DNA of 64,000 nt, taken from the NCBI GenBank assembly GCA_964187785.1, contig OZ076409.1:27468001-27532000 (forward strand), given 5' to 3'. Of this stretch, positions 36,705 to 49,369 are shown in pieces (position 1 is the first letter of the stretch; the number at the start of each line of letters is the position of its first letter). The translations under genes were made by a program, and so were the position numbers. The DNA comes from Amphiscolops sp. MND2022. Lineage: Eukaryota. The notes beneath the pieces were generated by a model. That model had not been told where the DNA came from. It did no database searches and saw only the letters and a list, made by a program, of their open reading frames with translations.

Positions 36705-39700
36705 AGGAGTGACAGGAGGCACTGTGACGGCAAGTGTGAATTCCAATCCGCGGAGATCGCTTGTCCACTCTTTGAAGCGAGGACAAGGTTCCTCAGCAAT
36801 CTTGGATTTAGATAATTCTTCCAGCACGACGTCTACAGGGAGGATACGTTCTCGTTCTAGTCCGGTGTATGTCTTCTCTGCGCGGATGACAACGCGACTG
36901 ACAAGAAGCTTACCATTGTGGATGAAAGGTTGAAGCTTTGGATCCACCGGAACTTTCACAGGTCCAAGTGGGATAGTGGGCGATTTGTTCAGAGCCATGA
37001 CACAAGTGCAATCGCGGAACCCACAGGTTCCACATCGATATCGAGGTACTCGATTCCGGCGTAAGCCATAGTGTGGTTTAACCTGCGTTGCGCCTTGGTC
37101 AACATCGGATGTAAGCTGCGCGGTGGGCGCATCAGAGTCAGAATCGGATGTAATTGATGGCTGTGTGTCATTTTCACGAGCTGTTTGCCGTGAAGAAATA
37201 GTGTGTCCTCGTGGCCTCCGAGGAGGTCGTCCTCGAGGACGTCCTCTGCGACTGGGAGTCCTTTGAGCGCGCACGCTCACGTTCTGCGACCGGGAATTTG
37301 TTGCTCGTGTCGAACAACGAGATAGAGCAGCTCGCGATCTGCCCCTGCCGCGCGTGCTAGGGACATTGTTCCGAGCAGTTGGCTCGTTGGTGTTGGATAA
37401 CTCGGTGTCACGGGTTTCAGTGTTTTGGAGGTTGGAGGTACCATTCGGCAATTGGGGAATACTAATAGGCACATCCGTCAATGTAGGATTTGTCAACAGA
37501 GGAGCAGATGTACCCGCTAGTGATACTTCGGCTTCTCCAGTTGCAACGGGAATATCTTGCGATTGAGGTACTTCCGGAATAACTTCAGATTCGGATAAAA
37601 ATGGAAGCTCGTAGTCATTGGCAGGTTCAAATGACCGAGGTTGTTCATCGGGAGGCATTGAGGCTTCGAATAGCGCCGGAGGTTCTTCCTGGGAATGATC
37701 TCGGGCATCTGACAGCAAGTCGTCAGAGCGCGAACGCTCTGGGTGGGAACTGGAATAGTCAAATTGCTGGTAGTGGAGACGACTGCCTCCAGCTCGCATT
37801 CTAGTACGCAACCTGGTATCCATCCAGTGGCGTCTCCTTGATGGTAGCGATACATCTGATGCTTCAGAGAGCGGTTCTTCCTCGCGATATGAGGGTTGTG
37901 AGCAGTCATCTCGGATCTCCTCAGCAGAGTGCTCAGGCTCAGGATCCATGACAACGACCACTTCGCCACTCCCCGAGGGAAGCGCAACAAACTCCGTAGG
38001 GCCACCATGATGAGGTTCCAGACGCTCAAAGTGCACTTTTTGTCCTGAGTCCAGGATATACACGCGGCCATCTTGTAGTACATGGACAACCTTGTGCGGA
38101 CCACGCCAAGCTCTCATCAACTTCGGCGATCCTTTTTGAGGTACATAGCGGCAGAATACCCAAACGGGGTCTCCCACATTGTATGCGTTTGCACGAATAG
38201 CTCGATCATATTTTAGCTTTTGACGTTGTTGCGCCTGATGCGTGTTTCTACGCACCAAGTCATGAATCTCTTGCTGGCGAGCAAGAATATGCTCCACATA
38301 AGCTCCATGCGATTCAAATGATCTGGCTGCGAACTCCGGATACAGATAGGTGAGAGGAATAGCCTTTTCGGTCCCTCGGGTCAGCATGTAGGGTGAAAAC
38401 CCAGTCGTGGCATGGCGCGTTGAGTTATACGCTCCCATGACTTCATCCAAATGCTGGTCCTAATCTCTCATGCGACGCGAGCAAAATACCCGCAACAAAG
38501 TCAGCAAAGTCCGATTTTGTCGTTCAACCAGACCTTGGGTGCGCGGATGACCCGCCGTAGAGGTAACTTTTGTGACCTGAGATGCCCTCATGAACTCATT
38601 GGATACCTCTGCAGTCAAGTTGGGGGCATTGTCTGACTGCATCCGCGTAGGCGTGCCATGTCTGGCAAACCATTTCTGCAAAAGCAACCTAGACGTGGTC
38701 ACTGCATCGTAATCCTCATGGCTGCAGGGTACGGCCTCCGCAAACTTGGAGAAATGGTCAATTATCACCAATATGCCGGTGTTATTGTTATCGGAGGGGC
38801 ATATTTTCAGATGGTCATACTGGACCAATTCATTGAAATACCCACTTTGGATATTTTTCAAGTGAAACCGAACGTCTCCCGGCCTGTCACGTACTTGCTG
38901 GCACGTGAGGCACTGACTCACGTACTGACCAACGCTGCGGCGAATACCTGGCCAGGTGTGGCGTTCCTGGATTCGCGAAACCACCTTTGCAATGCCTTGG
39001 TGGCCCATGGCATCATGAGCACGAAACAAAATTTCATGCTGGTACAATTGTGGCCTTACAATCATGCACGGACGTTCGTGCAATGGACATTGCTGAGGTG
39101 GATACTTAACACAAAGAATTCCATTTTTGTTTACAAACAGAAGATCTTTTTTCTGCTTGTAATAGTTACGTGCGAACGCACGCACGTCGTCAGGAAAAAT
39201 GTCATGATCAATAGACTCTTGTGCTACCAACTTCTTTATGGCTAGAACATGCACATCACGATTCTGCGCCAAAAGCAAATCCTTGATGCCATGCACTGCG
39301 TTGGCATGTTCATGAAGTTCCTTGTCTAAGTCTTTGATGGCTAGGGCAGCTTGCCTAACCACCGTTGGAGCGGAAGCCATGGCTTGCTCCACTGTTTCGT
39401 CAAGAGCATATGTCATGCGTGAGGGGATATTTGCCACATGTGTAGGCAGCAAGTAATCTTGCCTAGCCTCTTCAGTGACGTCAATCCAGTCCTCAGGATA
39501 ATCTGGATAGAAGTCTTCGTGAGCTTGCAATGTAGGCACTGGTGCCTCAGGTAGAGGAGCGCGTAGCGCCCTCTCCCTTTTCTCAGCGGCCTGACGGCGC
39601 TTACGCCGTCGTGCAACTCGACAAACTGAATTTGTGGGGTCTGGTTTAGTGTTCCGCAAGTGAGCGGGCAATTGGGGGTGATTGGGTATCACCCGACCAT

Positions 39701-42700
39701 GCAAATCGAACCAAGGTGCAACGGGCAGCTGGTCAAACTCCTCCTGTGAGAGGAAATTCTATTTGTCTGTCACAGCTGGCAGCTTCTCGAGCTGCTTCTC
39801 TCGCCACCGATAATCATTGGTTCGTTTACTGAGGCCATCGGCATTCCTATGCTGTGTCCTGGGACGATGCTCCACTTTGAAATGGTACTTCTCGAGTGCC
39901 ATAATCCATCGTCCAATCAAGGCCTGATCAGTGGAATACGTTTTGAGCCAAGAGAGAGCTTGATTGTCAACCCGAAGGATGAACTTTCTGGAGCAGAGAT
40001 AACTGTGATTCTTCAAGATGAAATAATAAGCTGCGTACATTTCAAGCTTGGGAGCGCCATACTTCGCTTGAGTGGCATTCAACTTCTTGCTACCATACAC
40101 AATTGGTCTCAGGCGCTTTTCGCCCGGAGGACCCTGCCACTGATGCAAAATGCCGGAAATTGCAACAGCACTGGCATCAGTGTCCAGCACAAATTCGCCC
40201 TCCGAGTCCGGTTGCGCCAAGGCAGTTGCCTCGATCAAAGCCAATTGGACGGCGTTGAAAGCCTGTTGCTGCTCATCCCCCCAGGCGAAAGTCGCGCCCA
40301 GGCCGGTAATAGCATGCAAGGGGGCCACAAGCTTGGCGTGCCAAGGAATAAACTCTCGATAATAGTTGGCGAAGCCCAAAAAACTTTGCATCTCCGTTTT
40401 GTTCCTCGGTACTTCCCAATCGCGTAGTTTTACCACTGCTTTAGGATCAGGTTTGATACCTTCGGCAGAGACAACACGTCCCAGGTACTTGATTTCCGAC
40501 TTCATAAAGTCGCACTTAGCGACTCTCATTTTGAAGCCAGCTTCGCGCAGACTTTCAAATACCTCGCGTAAACGTACCATGTGGTCCTCGACTGTCTCGG
40601 TAGCAATGACGATGTCGTCAATATACGCCATCACCATGCTTCCTTCCCGGTTCACAATTTTCCGTAGCGCTCGCGCTATGGCTCGCTGGAAAGTAGCTGA
40701 AGCGTTACACATCCCAAAGGGCATACGTCTCCACTCAAACAAACCCAGCTAGCAGGCAAAGGCCGTTTTCTGCCTATCTGCTTTGCGGACTGGTATCTGC
40801 CAGAAAGCCCAGGCCAAATCAATACTAGTGTAAATCTTGGCCTTACCCAAGCGTGAAAGGCTTTCATCGATGCGTGGGAGGGGATACGCGTCCTTTATTG
40901 TGACAGCGTTGAGGGGGCGAAAGTCGCAGCAGAATCGCAACTCCCCATTTTTCTTTTTTACCATCACAATCCCACTCGCCCAAGGTGATAGCGAAGGTTG
41001 GATCATGCCCAAAGCCAGGAGATTGCGTACTTTATGATTAGCGCGCTCCGCCTTGTCAGGCGACATTCTTCTCGCGCCTTCACGGTGCGGTGTGGCTCCA
41101 GGGTCCAACTCAACAGGATGCTTGGCTATTGTGCAGCGACCAATGTCTGCTTTGTGCTTCATGAATAGGTCATCAAATTCCGTAAGGATGTTGTTCAGCG
41201 AGTCGCGGGCAGTCTTCCCCCACAACTTTTGTACCTCCTCTAACTGAGATTCGGGTCCAGGAATAGGGGCCAAGAGATCAGGGTCAGTGCGCTTTCTGAT
41301 CTCGCGCTCTGACAATCCCTCCTCCGATGGGTCTGTAGAGGAGAGAAACTCGAACTGCGACGACGACGAACATTTTGAATGCGAGTTCAGGTCCATTTGA
41401 GAATAGACCCTGTTGACGAACTCATTTGGGGAGTCCGATTTTTCGTCACTTTCGCCTTTGTGCGCTAGCGCACATTGGGGAACTGCATGGTAGACTAGGC
41501 GTACTGGCGCAGCAGTGCCAAGCATGGTGCCGCACTTCACTTTCTGGGCATTGCTTGTCAGTTTGCCAACAGAGACATAGAACGAACCTGTCTCTCCAAC
41601 AGTGGCTATAGTGTCTTCCACGAATATAGTGTTCTTCAGCAATCGGTTCGGTGTTGCAAAGTTAATCACAACATTACTAAAAGCAAAAGCTTCCAAGTTC
41701 GAAGTGACCACCTTGGCACGTAGAACAGCACGTTCAAATGGCTGGAGCACTACGTCTTGATCCAAGACTACTGTGCTGGATAAAGCTTCGTCTCTCGTCT
41801 GGGCGTGTGCGTGATGCCACACAGGCTTAGCCGGTGCTCGCACCACAATTTTCATGGAGGTCAGATCTACCAGCACTTTGTATGTTCGCAGAAAATTCCT
41901 ACCCAGCAAGAAATCTTCCAAGCCATGTGCGTCATCAACGACCACGAAATTTGTTTCGAGTTCATATTCACCAAGTTGGAAGCGCACACGCTCCGCTATT
42001 CCAAAAGTTTTCATCGTCTTCCCATTAGCAGCATACAAGTCGATTCGGTAAGGTTGTAGCGCTACACCTGTCCGCAAGGCTACACGGTTGAAGGCTGAGA
42101 AACTCATGATTGATACGCCTGACCCCGTGTCGACCATTCCTCTCAGTGGAATAGGGTTGGCATCTGGCACTGCAAAAGATACTACGAGCGACGCACGCTC
42201 ATTTATGCGGGCCTCACCTGTGGGCTCCTGCTTGCTGATGCTATAGCAGCGTAATTCATGTGGCCCTAGACACACTCCTTGAGGGAACACTCTACTACCA
42301 CGCTAGCATCAAATTTCATGTCCAAGCCATCTATGTTGGCATGCACAGGAACTGGGGTGTATGCCGTGCACGTAATAGCTTCGCCTTCAGTATACCATTC
42401 TTTTGGCAGTGGTAAGGAGATCTTTTTGAAAGCCGAACTGCTAGCTAACTCCAGCTTCAATTTTTCCAAAATCAAATCTGGGCGTATTTGTTGCTCCGAG
42501 GCCAGCACTAGGTGTACAGACAATAAAGTCCGGCCACTAGGGTCAAACGCTGTGGACTCCAAACCTGTCTGCACCTGCTTTGTGCCACAGGTGACAGTCA
42601 ATGGAGCATTTACGGTGGCTTGGTCAGCTGGACGTAGCATTAATACCCTGCCAGAGGCAGTAGACAGGGTTTGCGTTGCATCCGTTTTCTTCTTTTCTTC

Positions 42701-45700
42701 AGCCCTAGGGCTGGAAGTTTCCGACCGGATTGATAATGTTGGACGACCTGCAGACACCTCAGTTGTGCACGACTTCACTGGGACAGCAGGCGCTGGAACC
42801 GCTGCTGCAGCACCTTGCTGGGACTCACCATGTGGGTCAAGAATATGCTCCGGGCGATGCACCACCAGCTTGCGTCCCGCGCAAGCACTCTGCAAGCAGC
42901 GCGCGGATTGCTCTAAGGTTGCGGTCTGTCTGTATTCAGGGGTTGTGTGTACTGACGCAGCCGGCATCGGCAATCGCGCCGACCGGCGTGCAAGGGGTGG
43001 CAGCGATTCATACTGCGGAGCCACTGGTGACCCCGGCACTTGGTTGCTCTGTAGGCACTGGTAAGGTAAAGTCTCGGTGCACCCTGGGTCACGAGGCTGT
43101 TGTTGGTGACGACTCCTTTGGAGTTCCTGTACAGTGAACCGAAGTGATTCTACGGTAGGTGGGTCGGCTAGATACGCCTCAGTCGCAAACACTACCGTCA
43201 GTTCTCGTTGCAACACGGGATCGCTGACCCCATCCGTGAACCGATGCAAGATTTCATAGCGTCGGGTTGTGATAGGCTCATCAGGAAAACCCTGACTCCT
43301 CAGACCCTCTAATGCATCTAAATACTGCATCAGGCCCTCTTTCTCAAGCTGATTTCGCAACCTGAAAGCCTGCCTCACTGGCCAGCGGTTTTTCCCAGTC
43401 CCAAATCTGCTGGAGAGCAAGGTAGTCACCTTCTCGTGAGAATCCCGTTCGGACTCCGGTTTGTTGATTATAAAACTCCGAGCTTCATCACCTAAGTGCA
43501 GCCCAGGCCTTGTCGACAGGTGAAGCATTGGAATAAACTCGCTCCAAATATCGTTTCACCACGAGCAACCACTCTTCAACAGTCCCGTCTTTCGAACCTC
43601 TGTATAAGGTTGGTCGAACAGCGGTTTGATCACGATTGGCAATCAAGGGAGCCAACACTTTAGCTATAGTTTTGGTTATCGCCTCCGTGAATTTCAGCTT
43701 CTCTGGAGATATCAATTCATCTTTTGGGTCATCAGTACCATGATTGCTCTCGAGCAACCCGCCTCGATCCATAGGCGACGTGTGAGCCATGCCCATGGTT
43801 GCGTTGTTCGAAGATATCGAGGCCGGTTCATCGATTGGTTGTGCTGCGCTGGTGCCCTCTCCCCCCTTCAAAAGGAAGCAGTGGCGTTGGAATTTTTCCG
43901 AAAGTTTCATTCCAGCGTTAGATGTAGCAGAATGTGGCTCAAAGGAGTCTTTCAGCAAACTCGGTAGAGATTTGGGTATTTTGCAATTGCCCAAAAAAGA
44001 GTTCTCTGCAAATTTGGCGTAATATTCGGCGTTGATGCTACTCGATACAGCAAAATAACACCAAAATGAGGCACCAGAGTGTTCAAAAAGGTGTCACACT
44101 CGGGAAATCCGCTCAAATTTGTCGTCACTAGGAAGTTGCTCCTCTCAAAATCTCGTGATTTTGGCTAAGTCGGAACTCACAGGGTCTCTTTTGGATATCG
44201 AAAACCCTGCTCAAGGTAACTCCTAGAGATTTTCGTTTGGAAAAATGTAGTCCAGAGTGCGTCGCAGGCACTTAAAACTGCTGCCTTGAACTGTTCAGGA
44301 TCAAATTTCAAAGTTCCAGAGGAGTCCAAAATTTATGACCCCTGCCGGCAATTTTTTTGAACCGTGGGATTTGCCTCGTTTGCACCCAGGAAGGTCTACT
44401 GGGCCCCTTCCGTTGGAAAATGAAGGCTTTTTGGGTCTGCCTCCTGTACAGCGGAAGTATTGAAGGTTTACAATGATAGATTTTCTGGTGTTTTTTTAAA
44501 TTTTGTTCAAGACGTGTGTCTGAACAGAGTCAAATTCAGTTTTATCAATCGTACTGGGTACAAAATGACACAGCACGTTTTGTCAGCCACACAATTCAGA
44601 AAAATAACCTTCCGTAGTTGATAATTGCCTCCAGCTTCAAGCTAGAGCCTTTTTCAACGATTTTTGGATTTTTCAACTTTTTTCGAAAATTACTTGAGTG
44701 GCTTGTACAAGTGCTGGAAACGTGGTATCAGGCTCAAAATTGGTCACGCGATCACACGTACAGCCAGGCGGATACTACAGAAACAATCAATGAGAATTCA
44801 GACCACTGGGCAAGATTTAGATCTCGTACGGACGTTCCGTATCACCGTGTCTCGATTGACACGATTTTTCACATGCAATCAAAGACTCTCGTCCACAGTG
44901 TTGAGCTCTCGAGCTCACTTTTTCAGCAACGGTGCACCAAATGACACTAATAAGAATAGTCCAGGGCAATGTAATCCCAACTTCCCAATTAGGTGCGCCG
45001 ACAATTCCGAAAAAATGATCCAATTCGTTACAATACACAGGATATCACAACTTCAAGTAACAAAATGATATGATCCAGCAAGGCAGCCCACTCGATACTG
45101 ATCAAATATCACACGCACAGCAATGAACTAACTGCTGGGAGCTCAAACTAGGGGTTTCCACAGGTTTCCAACACGTAGAAATGACTTTTCCTCACTTTCC
45201 TTGTTTTCGTCTCGGTGAGACCTCTGACAGACACAATGAATATGCACGTCCGAGAAGCGTCGAAATAAGTTCCAAGGGTTGTAGCGTGCTGGAAGGTATA
45301 CAGTACTTCCGGATTGATGCACTGACCCAAAAAGTGAGTCCAGAATCGGGGTAATAGGATCCAGTCACAGGTCAGAGATTTTTCAGGTATTTTTTGGTTT
45401 TTCAGCCTTCTTGCGCACCTTCTTGTGCAGTTTGTTTTAGTCAATTTCTCAACAGATGTAGTAGCGATTGACACCAAACTTGGCAGACGCTGTCAGTAGG
45501 CACCAACCACGCTGTTAGAGTAGTGAAAAACACGCTGGTAGGCTTCAGGGGGTCTCCTCAAGGATTTGGCCCTCTGCTCGTCTCGGTGAGGACTTAAGAA
45601 AATTGATGCTTTTTCAACGTCCAAGATTTTTCAAAACACGTTCTAAGGCTCGTAGGCTGTTCAAATTTGCACCGCGCTTTCCCACAAGCACAATGGGCCA

Positions 45701-47964
45701 GAAAATCAACCTGGTTTAGGGCAAAAAGTCTCCAGTCACCCACAGGAAGAAATTCGAACAATTTTTGAAATTTCCAAAAATCGCACCACAACACTCAAGA
45801 GGCTCGTGTGTGCGCTGGAAGCGCTGTATCAAGCCCAAAATTGACCAGCAGATCTTAGGTACACGTAGGTTTACGAAAATGAACACAGAATTGAGCTGCA
45901 CCTCTTCTACACAGTTTCACCTAGGTACAGACGTGCGGTACCACTATGTACCGAAATACACGGTTTTTCACGTCTTTTTCAAGATTGCGGTCCACTGGAA
46001 GGAGCTAGCAAGCTCAAATTCTCTGCAGCAACGTAGGAACTAGCACAAGTTACAATGGTGGGCTGCAATATAGCCCCACCCGTCGGCTAAGGTACCCGGG
46101 TTACTTGGAAAAATTAAGAAAAAACTGCCTTTTTGGGCACTTTTTTGGGCACCGCGTTTTTCCTATTTTCTCGACAAGTATCGCACAGATCGGCACCAAA
46201 CTTGGTAGCGTATGCCAGTGGGCACCTACAATGCCACTAAAATGGTCGAATTGAAGCGCGAGCGCTTATTTAAGGTTTCGACCCACTATGTACGTTGTAC
46301 ACGAAAAAACACTGTTTTTGACGACTTTTTTCACAAATTGACCAAGAGGATCACCTCAGAAAGTGATACGGCGGGCAAAATGAGACCAACGTGTTGCCCC
46401 ACTATCCGTAGCACTGGGATAAACCCTCAATTGGTTGTGCCCGTTAGGTATAAGGCACTGACAGTCCTGCAGTTTTGGATTTTTTCGGTCCTTTTACGCT
46501 TCTCTGAAGTCGATACGTCAGAGAGTTTTTCTCGACTTTGGTGAGCGATACGCCCACCAAATTTTCGGCACTAACGTTAATTTTTGTGGTGGTTACGAAA
46601 ATGCAACCACTTTTTGGCTAGGGTTCAGGAATCGATGACCCGACCCTAGCTCAGAGACAGTCCGGTTTTGTGGAAAGTTGATCAAATTCAGTGCGTTTTT
46701 CCACTTTTCTCAGCACTGAAAAGGAATTTTTGCACGCGGTTTTCACCACAATGCGTTATTTTTACTATAAAAACAGAAAATGAGAGCGCGCGGGCTCCCA
46801 GGTCTCGAAAACACTGAGTGCCCCAGAGGTTTTAATGATGCACTCTGGCACTCCTGAAACTGGCCAAAAATCAAGGTTTTTCGACCTGTTCTCACCAAGA
46901 AAACGTTACAAACTCTCTTAAATCCTATTTTCGGTACTATTGAGTGTGCCCCAAACTAATAGCAGCACGGGAGAGGCAATTACATCACAATCCAGCACTC
47001 TCCCAGTGGCATTTCATAGTGGTTTTTTGCCAATTTCGCCAAAAACCGGGTTTTTTCATGCAAAATGTGTTTCAAAAAGGACTCCAACGGCCTTTCTGGT
47101 TGTCGTTACATTATGTAGCATATCCCTCGAGGTTTTGGGCTGCTTTCTATTCATTTTTGCAACTGCTGTGGTTAATACATCGAGCGCTCGCGCTCGTACC
47201 AAGAAAAGTACTCAAAAATGCCAAAAATCACGTTTTTGCGACTTTTGCACTAAAAATCGCACTTTTTTCACTGAAAACAGGTGCAAAAGCACACACTTAG
47301 TTGCAACAGGGTAAAACTAGCATGCACAAATGATTCCCCGTCAAAAAATACACAATCTAAAAATTTTTTCATACCATACTCCGAAAAACTGATACTTCTG
47401 GAATGAGGGGTGGTACTTTCGTCGTCTTTTTTTCTCAACACCCAGACCAGCTAGAGAGAAACAGTTTGGACCGTCGGCAACGTCAGCACTTGTTCTACCT
47501 TTCCACCAAAAACCATCCCTCTAGCACGTCTCCACGAGAAATGAGAAAGGAGAGTCGGGAACACTCGTTCCAGCTCATCTATCAGTCGGATGGAATATGG
47601 TTCAACCATCAACTTCACCTCTCGTACATAGCCAAAAACGCTGAAATGAGCTGTAAAACACCTGTTACAACATGCGTAACGGCTTTCTAGCGGTTCGCTA
47701 AGCCATTACAAAGGTACCCGCTGATGGGAACGTGCAATTTTAGACGATACCTGTCAACAAATACCTGTTATCAAAACATACCAAAGGTACTCGGAAAAAT
47801 CCCCCGAAAGACTGGAAAAATACTAAAATATAACGTCATATCATCTAAAAAAGTTGGAAAAACTCTGGGTAAACGTCTCCTTCCAGAGTCCAATCGTTCT
47901 TGGCGTCCAATACCAGGGGGTAGGAAATTTTAAAACCATATAATAGGGCAGTAATCGGAAGCGA

Positions 47965-47981
47965 TCCCTCTGTGGTCGCCA
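47965..47981 (-). promoter_or_regulatory. PBS of element C (tRNA-Arg-like)
   Basis: Minus strand TGGCGACCACAGAGGGA, 15 nt downstream of the 5' LTR. Confidence 0.7.
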
Positions 47982-47996
47982 AAAATTGAGGTCTCA

Positions 47997-49325
47997 TGTA
48001 ACGGCAAGCAGTTATCGGTCGCTTAACGCGTTAACAGAGGTGGAGGAACCTGCAGGAATGGGTGAATCGCTCGGGACAGGCGCCCATCGCCACAGATCCA
48101 TTTTGCCTCCAGGGGTGAAATACGTCCCGGGGCCGCGGGTGCTTCGACGAATACTGTCCAACCGGTCCTAGTCTTTGATTGCTAATAGTAACGGGCATCT
48201 TTCTGACTCTCTAAAGACCACCGCTTAACTAGCATATAAAAACAATGCCAAGAATAAGGTAAATTTCCAGTTCCAGGGTGACATGTGAATAAGATCTAAA
48301 ATTGGGGAATAAGATCTAAACTAGCGCTAGCGCTACTGAATACAGCCAAAATCACTGAAAATACATGAAAACAGGCACGAATATGGCAAACCACACAGCT
48401 AAAAAGCTGGGGCGCAGGGGCTCCAAGCACCAAACAAGGATCTTTAGGCGAAAAGACTCATTTTTACGGTTTCCGCTACATAGGGGGGGACCGCAACTAA
48501 GGTCTAAGGAATAAGATCTAAAGAAATTTCGTAACTAAGATCTAAAGAACTAAGATCTAAAAAGCATGCACCGTAACTAAGGTCTAAATTGAATTAAAAT
48601 AACGTCTAAGGAATAATGTGGGGTCATATACGGTGTATGCACGCTCGCCCTCACCGTCGCAAAGACCAGCTCCCACTACGATCGCTTCGCGATCTCCGTT
48701 CCCGCTAGGTCTTTGCTCCTGTTCGACCTCGCTTAGCAAGATGGGAACATAAGCGGCCCCAAGGGGCCGCAGGGCACTAGAGGAAATTGGGACATATCTG
48801 AGGCTCGTTTTATACTTTAAAGCATTTTATACTTTACCCGTAACATTTAAAAAATGGGAATAACGGAAATTAAAACGGGAATAACGTCTGAAATTTAGAC
48901 TTTCGGTACGATTCGGGAGCTGGCATTCTCTAGATCTTAGTTACGAAAAATGACATTTAGATCTTAGTTCTTTAGATCTTAGTTACAGAAGTGCGTTTCG
49001 ATCTTATTCCTTAGATCGTAGTTTGTGCCCACTACATAGGGTAGCATAATGCTGAAAATCGATAAAACCGGTGTTAGCACCTCAAAAAGAGTCTATTTTC
49101 GGATGTTCTTGCCGTCTCTGGCTTCTGTCATGGCGGCGCGCCCGTATTTTTGCTCGTTCTTGCTCTTTGTTGTCGAAGTACCTGCCAATTTCGTGGAAAC
49201 AGCGAAAAGAGCAATCACATGCTCAGTGCCACGTCACACATCGGATTAGAATTTTTGACAAAATTTCTGAACATGTCAAAGTTGCAAAATCGGTTGATAT
49301 TGCTGTACCAGAGCTTGCCGTTACA
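47997..49325 (-). repeat. 5' LTR of element C, interrupted by a MITE
   Basis: 1329 bp = 773-bp LTR plus a 556-bp insertion including its TSD. Confidence 0.97.
48485..49031. mobile_element. MULE-like MITE inserted in the 5' LTR of element C
   Basis: Absent from the other LTR; TSD ctacatagg(g) at 48476 and 49032; imperfect TIRs ...aactaaggtctaaggaataagatc / gatcttattccttagatcgtagttt. Confidence 0.9.
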
Positions 49326-49329
49326 TTAT

Positions 49330-49369
49330 GTCTCACAATAGTATTGCAATACAATATTTAACACCCCTG
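49330..49369 (+). mobile_element. Probable right end (TIR) of the hAT element interrupted by element C
   Basis: Ends ...tttaacacccctg (reverse complement CAGGGGTG, hAT-like). tattgcaat subterminal motifs occur on both sides of element C. Confidence 0.55.

Larger units (their letters stand above)
35668..43994 (-). pseudogene. gag-pol polyprotein of element C (3 in-frame TAG stops, 3 frameshifts)
   Basis: Gag PTLYRGSKDGTVEEWL; protease MVDTGSGVS...FLLGRNFL; RT CCDFRPLN, MPFG, AYIDDI; RNase H DTDAS, LE, RVDN, NADGLS; integrase H-H-C-C, QYDH, QSDN, VERQN; GPY/F-like WRGPH. ORFs 40749, 39759, 38460 and 35622 share one frame. Frameshifts lie near 43500, 42290 and 35777. Confidence 0.95.
33763..49325 (-). 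mobile_element. Large Ty3/Gypsy LTR retrotransposon C (15.6 kb) with a macrodomain-extended integrase
   Basis: 773-bp LTRs with 13-bp terminal inverted repeats tgtaacggcaagc/gcttgccgttaca; PBS and PPT present; gag-PR-RT-RH-INT on the minus strand. Confidence 0.97.

Noticed and set aside
38460..40751. Three in-frame TAG codons as programmed readthrough or an alternative genetic code
   Set aside because: They fall where different residues are expected (Trp and Glu), each is one substitution from a sense codon, and frameshifts are also present. Ordinary decay explains them.
38658..43137. Plus-strand ORFs of 128-261 aa over element C
   Set aside because: They are antisense shadows of gag-pol with no independent motifs.
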